Counted from the stretch's first letter, positions 40,195-49,962 are shown. The stretch is 64,000 bases of DNA from Planctomycetota bacterium (GCA_020639295.1 JACKGY010000003.1:159625-223624), one strand, 5' to 3'. Translations and numbers: made by a program. Notes: generated by a model not told the origin, from the letters alone.

Positions 40195-43001
40195 TGTCTG
40201 GCTTCGACTCGATGATCATGGCGGACGTCGCCCTGCGCGGCCTGGTGCTGGCCCTGGCGGCCTTCCTGGGCTGCCGACTCCTTGGGCGCGATGCCGCCGC
40301 GGCCCGACACGGCCTCGCCCTGGCGGCCCTCGTCCTGCTGCTGCTCCTGCCCCTGGGCCTGCTCCTGGGCGGCCCCAGCGTCCATCTCTACGAACGCGAG
40401 CTGCCCCCGGTGGCGGAGCTCGTGCTCGAACCGGTCGCGCCGATCTTCCTCGAGGACGACTTCGCGATCAGCCGTCGCATCCTGCGCCCGGAAGAGTTCG
40501 ACGCCGGCGCTTTCGCCCCCGCGGACGCTCCGGCCCCGGACGACTCCGAGACCTCCGGCGCGGCCTCGCCGAATGAGGCCGGCTCCCCGGTGACTCCTGC
40601 GCTCGCGGCGGCGGCGCCGGTACCCGCATCGACCGGCGGCGCGGTCGACTGGTCCACCTGGGGCCCGATTCTGGCCTGGGCCCTCGGAGCCCTGGTCGTG
40701 GCCCTCCGCTGGCTCGTCACCCGCAGGCGGCTGCGGCAGCTCCTGCGCGCGTCCGCGCGGCCGGACGTGGCCTTGAGCCGCCTCGTGGCCCGGGTCGCGA
40801 AGCGTGCCGGGCTAGTCCGCGCGCCCCGCATCCACGTCTGCCCGGGTCTGGACTCGCCGGCGGTGACCGGCATCTTGATGCCGCGGCTGCTCCTGCCGGC
40901 GGACGTCGCCAGCGAACTCGACCAACGGCTGCTCGAGCCGATCGTCCTCCACGAGATGGTCCATCTCCGGCGCCGTGACCCCCTTCTGCAGGCTCTCGCC
41001 CGGCTGGTCGGCTTCCTGCACTGGTTCAATCCCTTCGCCCGGCTCCTGCGCGCCTCGCTCGAGCGCGACCGCGAGCTGCTCACCGACGCCCGGGTCGTCG
41101 CCCTCGAGGCCCATCGGTCTCCCTACGCGGAAGGCCTGCTGCGCGTGGTGAGTCGTGGCGTTCGCGGCCCGCTGCGACCGGTCGCGGCCCTCGGGCTCTG
41201 CGATGGCGAGAGCCTCCGCGATCGACTGGCGCGCATCGTTCGGGGCGACACCGTGCGGCCCGGGTCGCGCTGGGTGCTCGGCACGCTCACGCTCGTGGTC
41301 CTGGTCTGTGGTCTCCTCGTGGGCGAGGTCGGACTGGCCGGCGTGGTGATGGGACGCGGACCCTCGCGACAGGACGAGGAGCGGGTCGAGGCCACCCTGC
41401 GCGTCTTCGTTCTTCCCGCCGCCGATCGTGATGACGGCAAGAGCTTCCGGATCAAGGACCGCCGGCTCGATCTGGACGAATTGAAGGCGACCCTGGCGCG
41501 CTACTCGGTGATGGCGGACGAGAAGTACGATGATGGCCGTGGTCTGTCGTCGACCCGGGTGATCGTCGAGCTATCGGAGGACGACCAGCGGGACGATCTG
41601 AAGGCCCTGCTCCGGATCTGCGCCGATCTCCGGATCTATCGCAACGAGCTGCGCGATCCGCAGCCGCGGCCGCGGGCTCGACGCGGTCTCGTGGTCGACC
41701 TCGATGACGAGGGCCGCCTCCGCCTTGGCCCCGATGGCAGCTTCGACCCGGTCCAGGACGTCGACGCCATCCTCACCGCCGTCCGTGAGCGCCTCCGGAC
41801 CGATGAGACCCCGATCCTGAGATCCGCGCCCGGAGTGGACCATCGTCGGGTCATCAAGGCCCTGGAACTCATGCGTCGCGCCGGCGCCGACCGGGTCACC
41901 TTCGAGACCCGCGTGCCGGATGGCGACGAGAACGCCCTGTCCGAGCAGCGTCGTGCCGCCCTGCGCCGGGCCACGCCGCAGGACTCGATCGAGCCGGCCC
42001 TGGACTATCTTCGCCGGCGTCAGGACGCGCGGGGCGCGGTCACCGAGCCCGAGCTGGGCGACGGCGGGCGTCACGACGTCGGCCGGACCGCGCTCGCCCT
42101 GCTCGCCTACCTCGGCGCCGGGTCGACCGACCAGGCGGGCCCCTACCGGAAGGTGGTCGCTCGCGCCGTCGACTTCCTCCTGGCCCAGCAGGCGAAGGAC
42201 GGTTTCATCGGCGATTCCACCGGGGTCGACACGGTCTACGACCACGCCCTCGCCGGTCTGGCCCTGGCGGAACTCCAGGGCCTGACCCGCTCGCCACGGC
42301 TCGAGCGTCCGCTGGCGGCGGCGGTGAGCTACGTGCTCGAGGCTCAGAATCCCTACCGCGGCTGGCGCTACGGCAAGCGCGACGGCGACAACGACACCGC
42401 GGTCACCACCTGGATGTTGATGTTCCTTAAGTCGGCCCGGGCCGCCGGCGTCGAGGTGCCGGAGCTCGCCTTCGAATACGCCGAGGGCTACCTCGAGGAG
42501 ATGATCGACCCGAACACCGGTCGCGCCGGCTACATCCGCCCTGGCGGACAGCAGCCGGTGAGCGCGACCGACGGCAAGGCGACCGGCACCCGGGCCCAGG
42601 TCGAGACCACCACCGCGATGGTGAACTTCGGCCTCGTCCTCTGTGGGCGCAAGCCGAACGACCCGCTCATCGAGCGCGGCCGCGGCCTCCTGCGCGCGGC
42701 GCCACCCAGCTGGGATCCGGTCGGAGGCCGGGTGGACTACGTCTACTGGTACTTCGGCTGCCTGGCCAACTACCAGGCCGGCGGCAGCGACTGGGTCGGC
42801 TGGGACGAACATCTGCGCGACGCCCTCGTCGGTCGGCAGGTGGAGGAGGGTGATCTGGCCGGCTCCTGGGATCCGATCGGGATCTGGGGCAAGGAATGCG
42901 GCCGCGTGGCCGCCACCGCACTCGCGACGCTCGCGCTCGAGGTGAGCTGGCGCTATGGCCGGGCCGTGGGCATCCGGCCCGTGGAGAGGAAGAAGGATTG
43001 A
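40191..43001 (+). CDS. BlaR1/M56-peptidase-type membrane sensor fused to a large C-terminal prenyltransferase/squalene-cyclase-like repeat domain.
   Basis: 936 aa. TM segments, then the M56 zinc motif LHEMVHLRRRD. The C-terminal region carries repeated Q-x(3-5)-G-(W/F)-type motifs (RRRQDARGAV, AQQAKDGFIGD, AQNPYRGWRY) typical of alpha/alpha-toroid repeats. Confidence 0.8.
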   Translation: MMSGFDSMIMADVALRGLVLALAAFLGCRLLGRDAAAARHGLALAALVLLLLLPLGLLLGGPSVHLYERELPPVAELVLEPVAPIFLEDDFAISRRILRPEEFDAGAFAPADAPAPDDSETSGAASPNEAGSPVTPALAAAAPVPASTGGAVDWSTWGPILAWALGALVVALRWLVTRRRLRQLLRASARPDVALSRLVARVAKRAGLVRAPRIHVCPGLDSPAVTGILMPRLLLPADVASELDQRLLEPIVLHEMVHLRRRDPLLQALARLVGFLHWFNPFARLLRASLERDRELLTDARVVALEAHRSPYAEGLLRVVSRGVRGPLRPVAALGLCDGESLRDRLARIVRGDTVRPGSRWVLGTLTLVVLVCGLLVGEVGLAGVVMGRGPSRQDEERVEATLRVFVLPAADRDDGKSFRIKDRRLDLDELKATLARYSVMADEKYDDGRGLSSTRVIVELSEDDQRDDLKALLRICADLRIYRNELRDPQPRPRARRGLVVDLDDEGRLRLGPDGSFDPVQDVDAILTAVRERLRTDETPILRSAPGVDHRRVIKALELMRRAGADRVTFETRVPDGDENALSEQRRAALRRATPQDSIEPALDYLRRRQDARGAVTEPELGDGGRHDVGRTALALLAYLGAGSTDQAGPYRKVVARAVDFLLAQQAKDGFIGDSTGVDTVYDHALAGLALAELQGLTRSPRLERPLAAAVSYVLEAQNPYRGWRYGKRDGDNDTAVTTWMLMFLKSARAAGVEVPELAFEYAEGYLEEMIDPNTGRAGYIRPGGQQPVSATDGKATGTRAQVETTTAMVNFGLVLCGRKPNDPLIERGRGLLRAAPPSWDPVGGRVDYVYWYFGCLANYQAGGSDWVGWDEHLRDALVGRQVEEGDLAGSWDPIGIWGKECGRVAATALATLALEVSWRYGRAVGIRPVERKKD

Positions 43002-43012
43002 CTCGTGATCGT

Positions 43013-43054
43013 GCGGGAGTCGGGGCGTCAGGCGTCGCTCCGGCTCCCGCTTTT
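43013..43054 (+). terminator. Rho-independent terminator (copy 1).
   Basis: gcgggagtcggggcg-(8-nt loop)-cgctccggctcccgc followed by TTTT. The stem has two G-U pairs. Confidence 0.7.
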
Positions 43055-43153
43055 CCTCCCGTCGTGGTCCATCCGATCGGCCGGTCGGGCGGACCGCCGC
43101 GGAGACGAAGATCAGGCCCGTGGAGAGGAAGGAGGTTCGTCTCGTGATCGTCA

Positions 43154-43194
43154 GGGAGCCGGAGCGTCAGGCGTCGCTCCGGCTCCCGCTTTTT
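43154..43194 (+). terminator. Rho-independent terminator (copy 2).
   Basis: gggagccggagcg-(8-nt loop)-cgctccggctccc, then gc, then TTTTT. The stem is perfect. Confidence 0.75.
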
Positions 43195-43314
43195 CCCTTT
43201 CCTCGCGGCCGCCCCGGTCGGCCGCCCACGCGCGCCGCGGCGGAGACGAGCTTGCGGCCCGGGACCGCGAATCGGTAAACCTCCCTGGTTCGCGTCCGTG
43301 GAGGTTCTCCCTCG

Positions 43315-45105
43315 ATGCCCCTGGTCCAGCTCCGTTCCGTCTCGCTTTCCCATGGCGGGCCCCTGCTGCTCGATCGAGCCGACCTCGTCATCGAGCCCGG
43401 CGATCGTCTCGGCCTGGTGGGCCGGAACGGGGCCGGCAAGTCGACCCTGATGCGACTCATCGCCGGCCAGCTGGACGCCGACGACGGTGAGGTCCAGCGG
43501 TCGCGCGGACTGCGCTGCGCGCTCCTGCCCCAGGATGTGCCCGGCCAGCTCCCGGGTCTGGTCGGCGACCGCCTCGACGCGGCGCTGACCCGGATCGGGG
43601 CCCTCGGCCAGCGCGAGGCGATGATCCGGCGCGAGGCCCTGATGGAGCAGCTCGACCTCGACGCCGGTGTCGCCGCGGAGACGCTCTCCGCCGGCAAGAA
43701 GCGCAGGCTCCTCCTGGCCGAGGCCCTGGTCGTCGACCCGGACCTTCTCCTCCTCGACGAACCCACCAACCATCTCGACCTCGAGGCGATCGACCGACTC
43801 GAGGACCTGCTGGGTCGGCAGCGCGCGGCCCTGCTCTTCGTGACCCACGATCGCGCTTTCCTCCGCCGGACGGCGACGCGCATCCTCGATCTCGATCGCG
43901 GCAAGCTCCGGATCTGGGACTGTCCCTACGAGGTCTTCCTCGAGCGCAAGGAGGCGGATCTCGAGGCCGAGGCCGAGCGCAATCTCCAGTTCGACAAGAA
44001 GCTGGCCAAGGAGGAGGCCTGGCTGCGGCGGGGCATGAAGGCCAGGCGGCGCCGCAACATGGGGCGCGTGACCGAACTGGTCCGGATGCGCGACGAACGC
44101 CGCGCCCGTCGCGAGGAGATCGGCCGGGCCCGCGGCCAGCTCCAGGAGGCGCGCAAGAGCGGGCGCATCGTCATCGACGTCGAGGGCCTGGAGTTCAGTC
44201 ACGGCAGCCAGCCGATCGTGCGCGGTCTCGACCTCCGCATCCTGCGCGGCGATCGACTCGGCATCGTCGGGCCGAACGGCTGCGGCAAGACGACCCTGAT
44301 CGGCCTCCTGCTGGGCGGACTGGAGCCGGATGCCGGCCAGGTGCTGCGGGGTACCCAGCTCGAGGTGGCGCGTTTCGATCAGCTGCACGCGAGCCTCGAT
44401 CTGAGCAAGACGCCCTTCGAGAACATCGGCCAGGGCAGCGACCGGGTGAGCATCGGTGGCCAGAGCCAGCACGTGATCGGTTACCTGCAGAACTTCCTGT
44501 TCAGCCCGGAGCAGATCATGGCGCCGGCCTCGAAGCTCTCCGGCGGCGAGCGCAACCGGCTCCAGCTCGCGCGCATCCTGGCCCGGCCGGCCAATCTCCT
44601 GGTCCTGGACGAGCCCACCAACGACCTCGATCTCGAGACCCTCGAGCTGCTCGAGGAGCTGCTGGCCGACTATTCGGGCACCCTCGTCGTGGTCAGCCAC
44701 GACCGGGACTTCCTCGACAACACCGTGAGTTCGACCCTCGTGCACGAAGGCGACGGCCGCTGGAAGGAGTACGATGGCGGCTACTCGGACTGGCAACGGC
44801 AGCGGAAGCTGGAACAGGTCGTCGAGCCCGAGACCACCGGCGAGCGCAAGGCCGAGAGACCGCGTGCGGAGCGCCGGCGCAAGCTCTCCTTCAAGGAGAA
44901 GCGCGAGCTCGAGGCCCTGCCCGAACGGATCGAGGCCCTCGAGACCGAGCGCGACGCGATCTTCGCGCTGATGGCCTCGCCGGACTTCTATCGCAGCGAG
45001 GGCGGCGAGGTCGCGGCGCGTCAGGCCCGCCTGGCGGCGGTCGAAGGCGAACTCGGCGCGGCCTACGCGCGCTGGGAGGAGCTGGAGGCGCTGGCCGAGA
45101 GCTGA
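43315..45105 (+). CDS. ABC-F family ATPase (Uup-like), two ABC cassettes and no TM domain.
   Basis: 596 aa. GRNGAGKST and GPNGCGKTT (Walker A), LSAGKKRR and LSGGERNR (signature), LLLDEPTNHLD and LVLDEPTNDLD (Walker B), plus a C-terminal coiled coil. Confidence 0.9.
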   Translation: MPLVQLRSVSLSHGGPLLLDRADLVIEPGDRLGLVGRNGAGKSTLMRLIAGQLDADDGEVQRSRGLRCALLPQDVPGQLPGLVGDRLDAALTRIGALGQREAMIRREALMEQLDLDAGVAAETLSAGKKRRLLLAEALVVDPDLLLLDEPTNHLDLEAIDRLEDLLGRQRAALLFVTHDRAFLRRTATRILDLDRGKLRIWDCPYEVFLERKEADLEAEAERNLQFDKKLAKEEAWLRRGMKARRRRNMGRVTELVRMRDERRARREEIGRARGQLQEARKSGRIVIDVEGLEFSHGSQPIVRGLDLRILRGDRLGIVGPNGCGKTTLIGLLLGGLEPDAGQVLRGTQLEVARFDQLHASLDLSKTPFENIGQGSDRVSIGGQSQHVIGYLQNFLFSPEQIMAPASKLSGGERNRLQLARILARPANLLVLDEPTNDLDLETLELLEELLADYSGTLVVVSHDRDFLDNTVSSTLVHEGDGRWKEYDGGYSDWQRQRKLEQVVEPETTGERKAERPRAERRRKLSFKEKRELEALPERIEALETERDAIFALMASPDFYRSEGGEVAARQARLAAVEGELGAAYARWEELEALAES

Positions 45106-45143
45106 GCCGGACGCCGCGCGGATCGGCCGGAAAGGAGAGTGGG

Positions 45144-47822
45144 GTGAACGCAGCGGGCGGCGACGGCAGGCCGGAGCCCTGGACTCTCGAGCCCGAGGAC
45201 CTCGCCCGCCGGCTCGGGGTCGAGACCGCGGTCGGACTCGACGCGGCCGCGGTGGCCGCGCGGAGGAGGCGCTTCGGTGCCAACCGCCTCGCCGAGGTCC
45301 GCCAGCGCTCGGTGGTCGCCGTCCTGATCGAGCAGTTCCGCAGCCTCGTGGTCCTGCTGCTCTTCCTCGCCGCTCTCGCCGCCTGGCTGCTCGGCGATCG
45401 GCTGGATGCGGCCGCGATCCTGGCCGTCCTCGTCCTCAACGCCCTGATCGGGTTCGGCACCGAGCTACGGGCCATCCGGTCGATGGCCTCGTTGCGCGCC
45501 CTCGGCGTCGCGCGCGTCAGGCTGCGCCGTCAGGGCGTGGTCGTGGTCGTCGCGGCCGACGAGATCGTGCCCGGCGACCTGCTCCTCCTCGAGGCCGGCG
45601 ACGTCGTCCCCGCCGACGCGCGGCTGGTGGAGGTCCGCGGGCTGGAGGTGGACGAGTCGGCCCTGACCGGGGAGTCCCTGCCGGTCACGAAACGGCTGGC
45701 GACCTGTGCCCGGGACGGCGCGCTGGCCGATCGACACGACATGGTCTGGCGCGGGACCGCGGTCACGCGCGGCGATGCCGTGGCGCTCGTCTGCGCCACC
45801 GGGATGGCGACCGAGCTGGGGCGGATCGCCAGCCTGGTCGACTCGGCGGAAGAGGCCAGCACACCGCTCGAGCGCCGTCTCGCGGTCCTGGGCGGCAAGC
45901 TGCTCGTGGTCACGCTGGCGGTCGCGGTCCTGGTCTTCGTCATCGGTCTCCTGGTCGGCCGACCGGTGCTCTACATGGTCCTCACCGCCATCGCCCTGGC
46001 GGTCGCGGCGATCCCGGAGGGACTGCCGATCGTGGCGACGATCGCCCTCGCGCGCGGCATGTGGCGGATGGCGCGCAAGCGGGCCCTGGTCAATCGCCTG
46101 TCGGCGGTCGAGACCCTCGGGTCGACCACGATCATCTTCACCGACAAGACCGGGACCCTCACCGAGAACCGCATGCGCGTGCGCCGGCTCGGAGCGAGCG
46201 AGGGACCGCTGGACTGGCCGGCCGAACTGGCGGCCTCGGCGCCGGCCCGCCACCTGCTGCGCGGACTGGCGCTCTGTTGCGATCACCGCGCCGACGGCCT
46301 CGGCGATCCGATGGAGCTGGCCCTCCTCGAGGCGGCGCGCGAGGCCGGCTACGACCAGGACGACCTGGTCCGCGCGAATCCGCGTCGGCGGATCGAGCCC
46401 TTCGATCCCGAGCTGATGATGATGGCCGTGGTCACCGAGGGTCGTGACGGCCTCCGCGTGTCGGTGAAAGGCGCGCCGGAGCGCGTCCTCGCGGCCTCGG
46501 TGGCGATGCTCGAGGAAGACGGTCGTCTGCGTCCGCTCGAGGAGGCCGATCGGCGACGCTGGCTCGAACTCGATCACGAACTGGCGCGGGACGGCCTGCG
46601 CGTCCTGGGCGCCGCGGAGAAGCGCGTCGACCGGAGCGACGCCGCGGTCTTTGACGGTCTCGTCTTCCTCGGTCTGGTCGCCCTGGCCGATCCGCCCCGA
46701 TCCGAGGTCGGCGCCGCCATCGCGGCCTGCCGCGAGGCCGGCATCGCCGTGCACATGGTGACCGGGGATCAGCCGGCGACCGCCACGGCCATCGCCCGCG
46801 AGGTCGGCATCGCCGACGAGCGCGAAGGGGCGGTATCCGGAGTCGAACTGGCGGCCGCCGCCGAGGACGAACTCGCGGGGCTGCGCGAACGGCGCGTCTT
46901 CGCGCGGGTGACGCCGGCGCAGAAGCTCGAACTCGTCCGGCACTGGCAGGATCGCGGGGCGGTGGTGGCGATGACCGGCGACGGCGTCAACGACGCCCCG
47001 GCGCTGAAGAAGGCCGACATCGGCGTGGCGATGGGGCGGCGGGGCACCCAGGTGGCGCGGGATGCCGCCGACATGGTGCTGACCGACGATTCCTTCGCCA
47101 CCATCGTCGCCGCGGTCGCGGAGGGTCGGGTGATCTTCGGCAACATCCGGATGGCGGTCGTCTACCTCCTGAGCTGCAACGTGAGCGAGGTCGTGGTCGT
47201 GGCGCTCGGCACCGCGCTCGGTGGCTCGACGCCTCTCCTGCCCCTGCAGATCCTCTACCTCAACCTGCTCACCGACGTCTTTCCCGCCCTGGCCATGGCC
47301 TTCGGCGTCGGACCGGGCGACGTGCTCCGCCAGCCGCCGCGTCCGCGTGGCGAGGAGATCCTGGAGCGCTGGCACTGGCGGGGGATCGTGGTCTCGGCCC
47401 TGGTGATGAGCGCCGCGGTGCTCGGCCTGCACTTCGCGGATTTCGTCGTCGGTCACCGTGACGAACGCGGCCGGGTCACGATGACCTTCCTCTGCCTGGC
47501 GCTGGCCCAGCTCTGGCACGTCCTCGACCTGCGCGCTCCGGGCAGCACGATGAGGCGCAACGAGATCCTGGGCAATGCCTGGCTCGGCGGCTCGATCCTC
47601 CTCTGCCTCCTGCTCCTGCTCCTGGCCGCCTGGTGGTCGCCGCTCGCGGCCATCCTGGGGACCCGGCCCCTCGAGGCCACCGAGATCCTGATGGTCCTCC
47701 TGGCGAGCCTGCCCACCGTCGTCCTGGGCCAGATCCTCCTCCGGCGCGGTGGACGCGGCTACTTCGCCGCCCGGGGGTCTGTTACCACGCGGGATGAAGC
47801 CGGCCGGAAAATCGACAACTGA
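45144..47822 (+). CDS. P-type cation-transporting ATPase (type II, Ca2+/Mg2+-like).
   Basis: 892 aa, GTG start after an AAAGGAGAG Shine-Dalgarno. TGES, the DKTGTLT phosphorylation site, MVTGDQ and TGDGVNDAPALKKADIGVAMG are all present. Confidence 0.9.
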   Translation: MNAAGGDGRPEPWTLEPEDLARRLGVETAVGLDAAAVAARRRRFGANRLAEVRQRSVVAVLIEQFRSLVVLLLFLAALAAWLLGDRLDAAAILAVLVLNALIGFGTELRAIRSMASLRALGVARVRLRRQGVVVVVAADEIVPGDLLLLEAGDVVPADARLVEVRGLEVDESALTGESLPVTKRLATCARDGALADRHDMVWRGTAVTRGDAVALVCATGMATELGRIASLVDSAEEASTPLERRLAVLGGKLLVVTLAVAVLVFVIGLLVGRPVLYMVLTAIALAVAAIPEGLPIVATIALARGMWRMARKRALVNRLSAVETLGSTTIIFTDKTGTLTENRMRVRRLGASEGPLDWPAELAASAPARHLLRGLALCCDHRADGLGDPMELALLEAAREAGYDQDDLVRANPRRRIEPFDPELMMMAVVTEGRDGLRVSVKGAPERVLAASVAMLEEDGRLRPLEEADRRRWLELDHELARDGLRVLGAAEKRVDRSDAAVFDGLVFLGLVALADPPRSEVGAAIAACREAGIAVHMVTGDQPATATAIAREVGIADEREGAVSGVELAAAAEDELAGLRERRVFARVTPAQKLELVRHWQDRGAVVAMTGDGVNDAPALKKADIGVAMGRRGTQVARDAADMVLTDDSFATIVAAVAEGRVIFGNIRMAVVYLLSCNVSEVVVVALGTALGGSTPLLPLQILYLNLLTDVFPALAMAFGVGPGDVLRQPPRPRGEEILERWHWRGIVVSALVMSAAVLGLHFADFVVGHRDERGRVTMTFLCLALAQLWHVLDLRAPGSTMRRNEILGNAWLGGSILLCLLLLLLAAWWSPLAAILGTRPLEATEILMVLLASLPTVVLGQILLRRGGRGYFAARGSVTTRDEAGRKIDN

Positions 47823-48273
47823 AGACGTCGCCGGCGGTCGGCCGGGACCGCGCTGGTCGCCCCTCGGGCTGCTCCAGACCGGCCTGGGCTTCGTCTTCCT
47901 GCTCCTGGCCGTCCTCGGCTCGTTCCTGCCGGTCCTCCCGACGACGCCCTTCGTCCTGGTCGCGGCCGGCCTGTTCGCCCGCGGTTCGCCCCGCTTTCAC
48001 CGGCGGCTCCTGGCCAGCCGGGTCTTCGGATCGACGCTCCGGGCCTGGCAGGAACACGGCACGATCGCGCCCCGGACCAAGGCCCTGGCCCTGGTGATGC
48101 TGTGGACGGCGATCCTGGCCAGCGTGATCTTCGCCCTGCGCTCGCCGCTTCTCGACCTGCTTCTGATCGCCACCGCGATCGCGGTCAGCTGGTTCATCCT
48201 CAGCCGCCCGAGCCGACCGCGATCGGCGGCGTCAGGGCGAGATTCCGGGGTCGGTGAAGCCGAGCGTGCTTGA
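47794..48273 (+). CDS. YbaN/DUF454-family inner-membrane protein.
   Basis: LGSFLPVLPTTPFVLVAAGLFARGSPRFHRRL is typical of YbaN. The ATG at 47794 overlaps the ATPase 3' end by 29 nt, and the start is uncertain. Confidence 0.7.
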   Translation: MKPAGKSTTEDVAGGRPGPRWSPLGLLQTGLGFVFLLLAVLGSFLPVLPTTPFVLVAAGLFARGSPRFHRRLLASRVFGSTLRAWQEHGTIAPRTKALALVMLWTAILASVIFALRSPLLDLLLIATAIAVSWFILSRPSRPRSAASGRDSGVGEAERA

Positions 48274-48304
48274 CCGCGACCGCCGCGGCCGCTTCGATCG
48301 GGGC

Positions 48305-49627
48305 ATGCGCAGCCCGATTCCCGGCATCCTCCTCCTGCTCCTCGCCTCGGCCCTCACGGCCCAGGTCGAGGAAGTCGACGCGGCCGACATCGATGCCCGC
48401 CTCGGCCTTCTCCTCGACGAGTACCTGCTGAGCGCCGACGACGACCGGGCGCGGGCGATCGAGAAGGAGATCGACGGGCTGCCGGAGGTGGACCTCGAGC
48501 GCGTCCTCGCCCGCCTGCGCGCGCCGATGTCCCGACCGCCTCGACCGGCCGGGGTACGTCGCCTCGAACTCCCTCTCGGCGGCGAGGGGCGCCGTTACGT
48601 CGGTTTCGTCGCGGTCCCCGAGGGCTACGATCCCGGCCGGAGCTGGCCGCTCTTCCTGACCGCGCACGGCACCGGCGGCGACGCCGAGGGCCCGCTCCAG
48701 ACGATGATGCCGCACGCGGCGCGGGCCGGGATGCTGGTGGCGAGTCTCCAGGAATGTCCGGAGCGTCGCGCCGAGGGTTGGGGCTACAGCGCCGAGGAAC
48801 GTCGGGTGCAGGAGGAGTTCATCCTCGCCATCCGGCGGGACTACCAGATCGATTCCCGCCGGATCTACATGATCGGCTGGTCGCGCGGCGGCCACGCCAG
48901 CTGGGACCTCGCCCTGAGGCGACCCGGTCTCCTGGCCGGCATCGGTCCCATCGTCGGCGGCGTGCCGGCCCGGGACCTCGCGCTCCTGCCGAACCTCCTC
49001 GGCACCCGCATCGATGCCGTGAACGGGGGCCGCGACCAGCCCGAACTGGTCCAGGCCGTCAGCGACGCCGCCACCCGCCTGCGCGAGCTGGGCGTCGACT
49101 ACCGGGGCCTGATCGATCCGGAGCGAGGTCACGACGTCTTCCTCGATCGACTGGCTCCGATGGTCGAGCATCTCGGGGCGCAGGTTCGACCCTTGGCCCC
49201 GGGGCGGATCGCCATCGCCTCCTGGGAGAAGGACCTCTGCCGCCACGACTGGCTGGCGATCGCCGGTTTCGAGGCGAAGCTCTACAAACCGGGGGCCCGG
49301 ATCACGATCCCCGGCGTCGCGAAGATGGGGGCGGAGGAGCGGCGTCGGGCCTGGCTCGAGGCGGTCGAAGCCGGGACCGCGCGGCTCGAGGCCGAAGTCC
49401 TCGACCAGAACAAGATCCGGATCACCGCGCATAAGGTCAAACGGGTCAAGATCTTCCTGCCGCCGACCGGGATCGATCTGGCGCAGCCGGTGGAGATCCT
49501 GCTGGGTGAGAAGAGTCTCAGGAAGAGCCGCATCAAGGGCTCGATCCGTGACCTCTTGCGCTCGGCCCGGGCGGCGCGCGACCCCTTCATGGCCTATCCG
49601 GCCAGCGTCGAGCTGAGCCTGCCCTGA
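48305..49627 (+). CDS. Secreted alpha/beta-hydrolase (esterase/PHB-depolymerase-like).
   Basis: Signal peptide MRSPIPGILLLLLASALTAQ. LFLTAHGTGG and the GWSRGG elbow are present. It is paralogous in layout to the gene at 19880-21289. Confidence 0.65.
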   Translation: MRSPIPGILLLLLASALTAQVEEVDAADIDARLGLLLDEYLLSADDDRARAIEKEIDGLPEVDLERVLARLRAPMSRPPRPAGVRRLELPLGGEGRRYVGFVAVPEGYDPGRSWPLFLTAHGTGGDAEGPLQTMMPHAARAGMLVASLQECPERRAEGWGYSAEERRVQEEFILAIRRDYQIDSRRIYMIGWSRGGHASWDLALRRPGLLAGIGPIVGGVPARDLALLPNLLGTRIDAVNGGRDQPELVQAVSDAATRLRELGVDYRGLIDPERGHDVFLDRLAPMVEHLGAQVRPLAPGRIAIASWEKDLCRHDWLAIAGFEAKLYKPGARITIPGVAKMGAEERRRAWLEAVEAGTARLEAEVLDQNKIRITAHKVKRVKIFLPPTGIDLAQPVEILLGEKSLRKSRIKGSIRDLLRSARAARDPFMAYPASVELSLP

Positions 49628-49962
49628 GCCTCCCCGGCCGGACCTCGGCCGCGTTCGGAAAGGCTTGGCAAGTGGGGACTTGAAAGTCGCCGCTCGGCTC
49701 GGCACATTGCTGCGCTCAGGACGGACTCCCGGGTGGTCCGTCCCTGGTTCCTCTCGCTTCGGCGGGAGCCCGCGCGGGTCTTGATCCGCAGAGCGGTCCG
49801 GTCGTCCGCGGCCGGCACCCGGAGTCGTCCAACGCGCGTCGCGATCAAGGGGTCGCCTCGTTCCAGGTTGAGCGGTGACGACTCGCTTCGTCCAGGAGTC
49901 CACGAGACTCGATGGGCACTCGGCTCGAAAGGAGCGCGCGTGCCGTTACAGGTCAACAGTCC

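Larger units (their letters stand above)
42976..43258 (+). repeat. Tandem duplication, about 139 bp x 2, covering the last codons of the blaR1-like gene plus its terminator.
   Basis: Copy 1 starts at 42976 and copy 2 at 43115. Both begin ggcccgtggagaggaag(a/g)a(a)gg and continue ..ctcgtgatcgt..gggag(t/c)cgg(g/a)gcgtcaggcgtcgctccggctcccgctttt...ccggtcgg..gccgcggagacga. Confidence 0.8.

Noticed and set aside
42667-47519. Minus-strand ORFs 42667-44796 (709 aa) and 45465-47519 (684 aa).
   Set aside because: They are antisense to the ABC-F ATPase and the P-type ATPase, and have shadow-frame composition.
49660-49730. Sigma54-like (TGGCA..., GGCAC..TGCT) and sigma70-like (TTGAAA, 17-nt spacer, CACATT) motifs in the rbp leader.
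   Set aside because: The spacing between the GG and GC elements does not fit the -24/-12 rule, and the -10 hexamer is poor. This is not enough to call a promoter.
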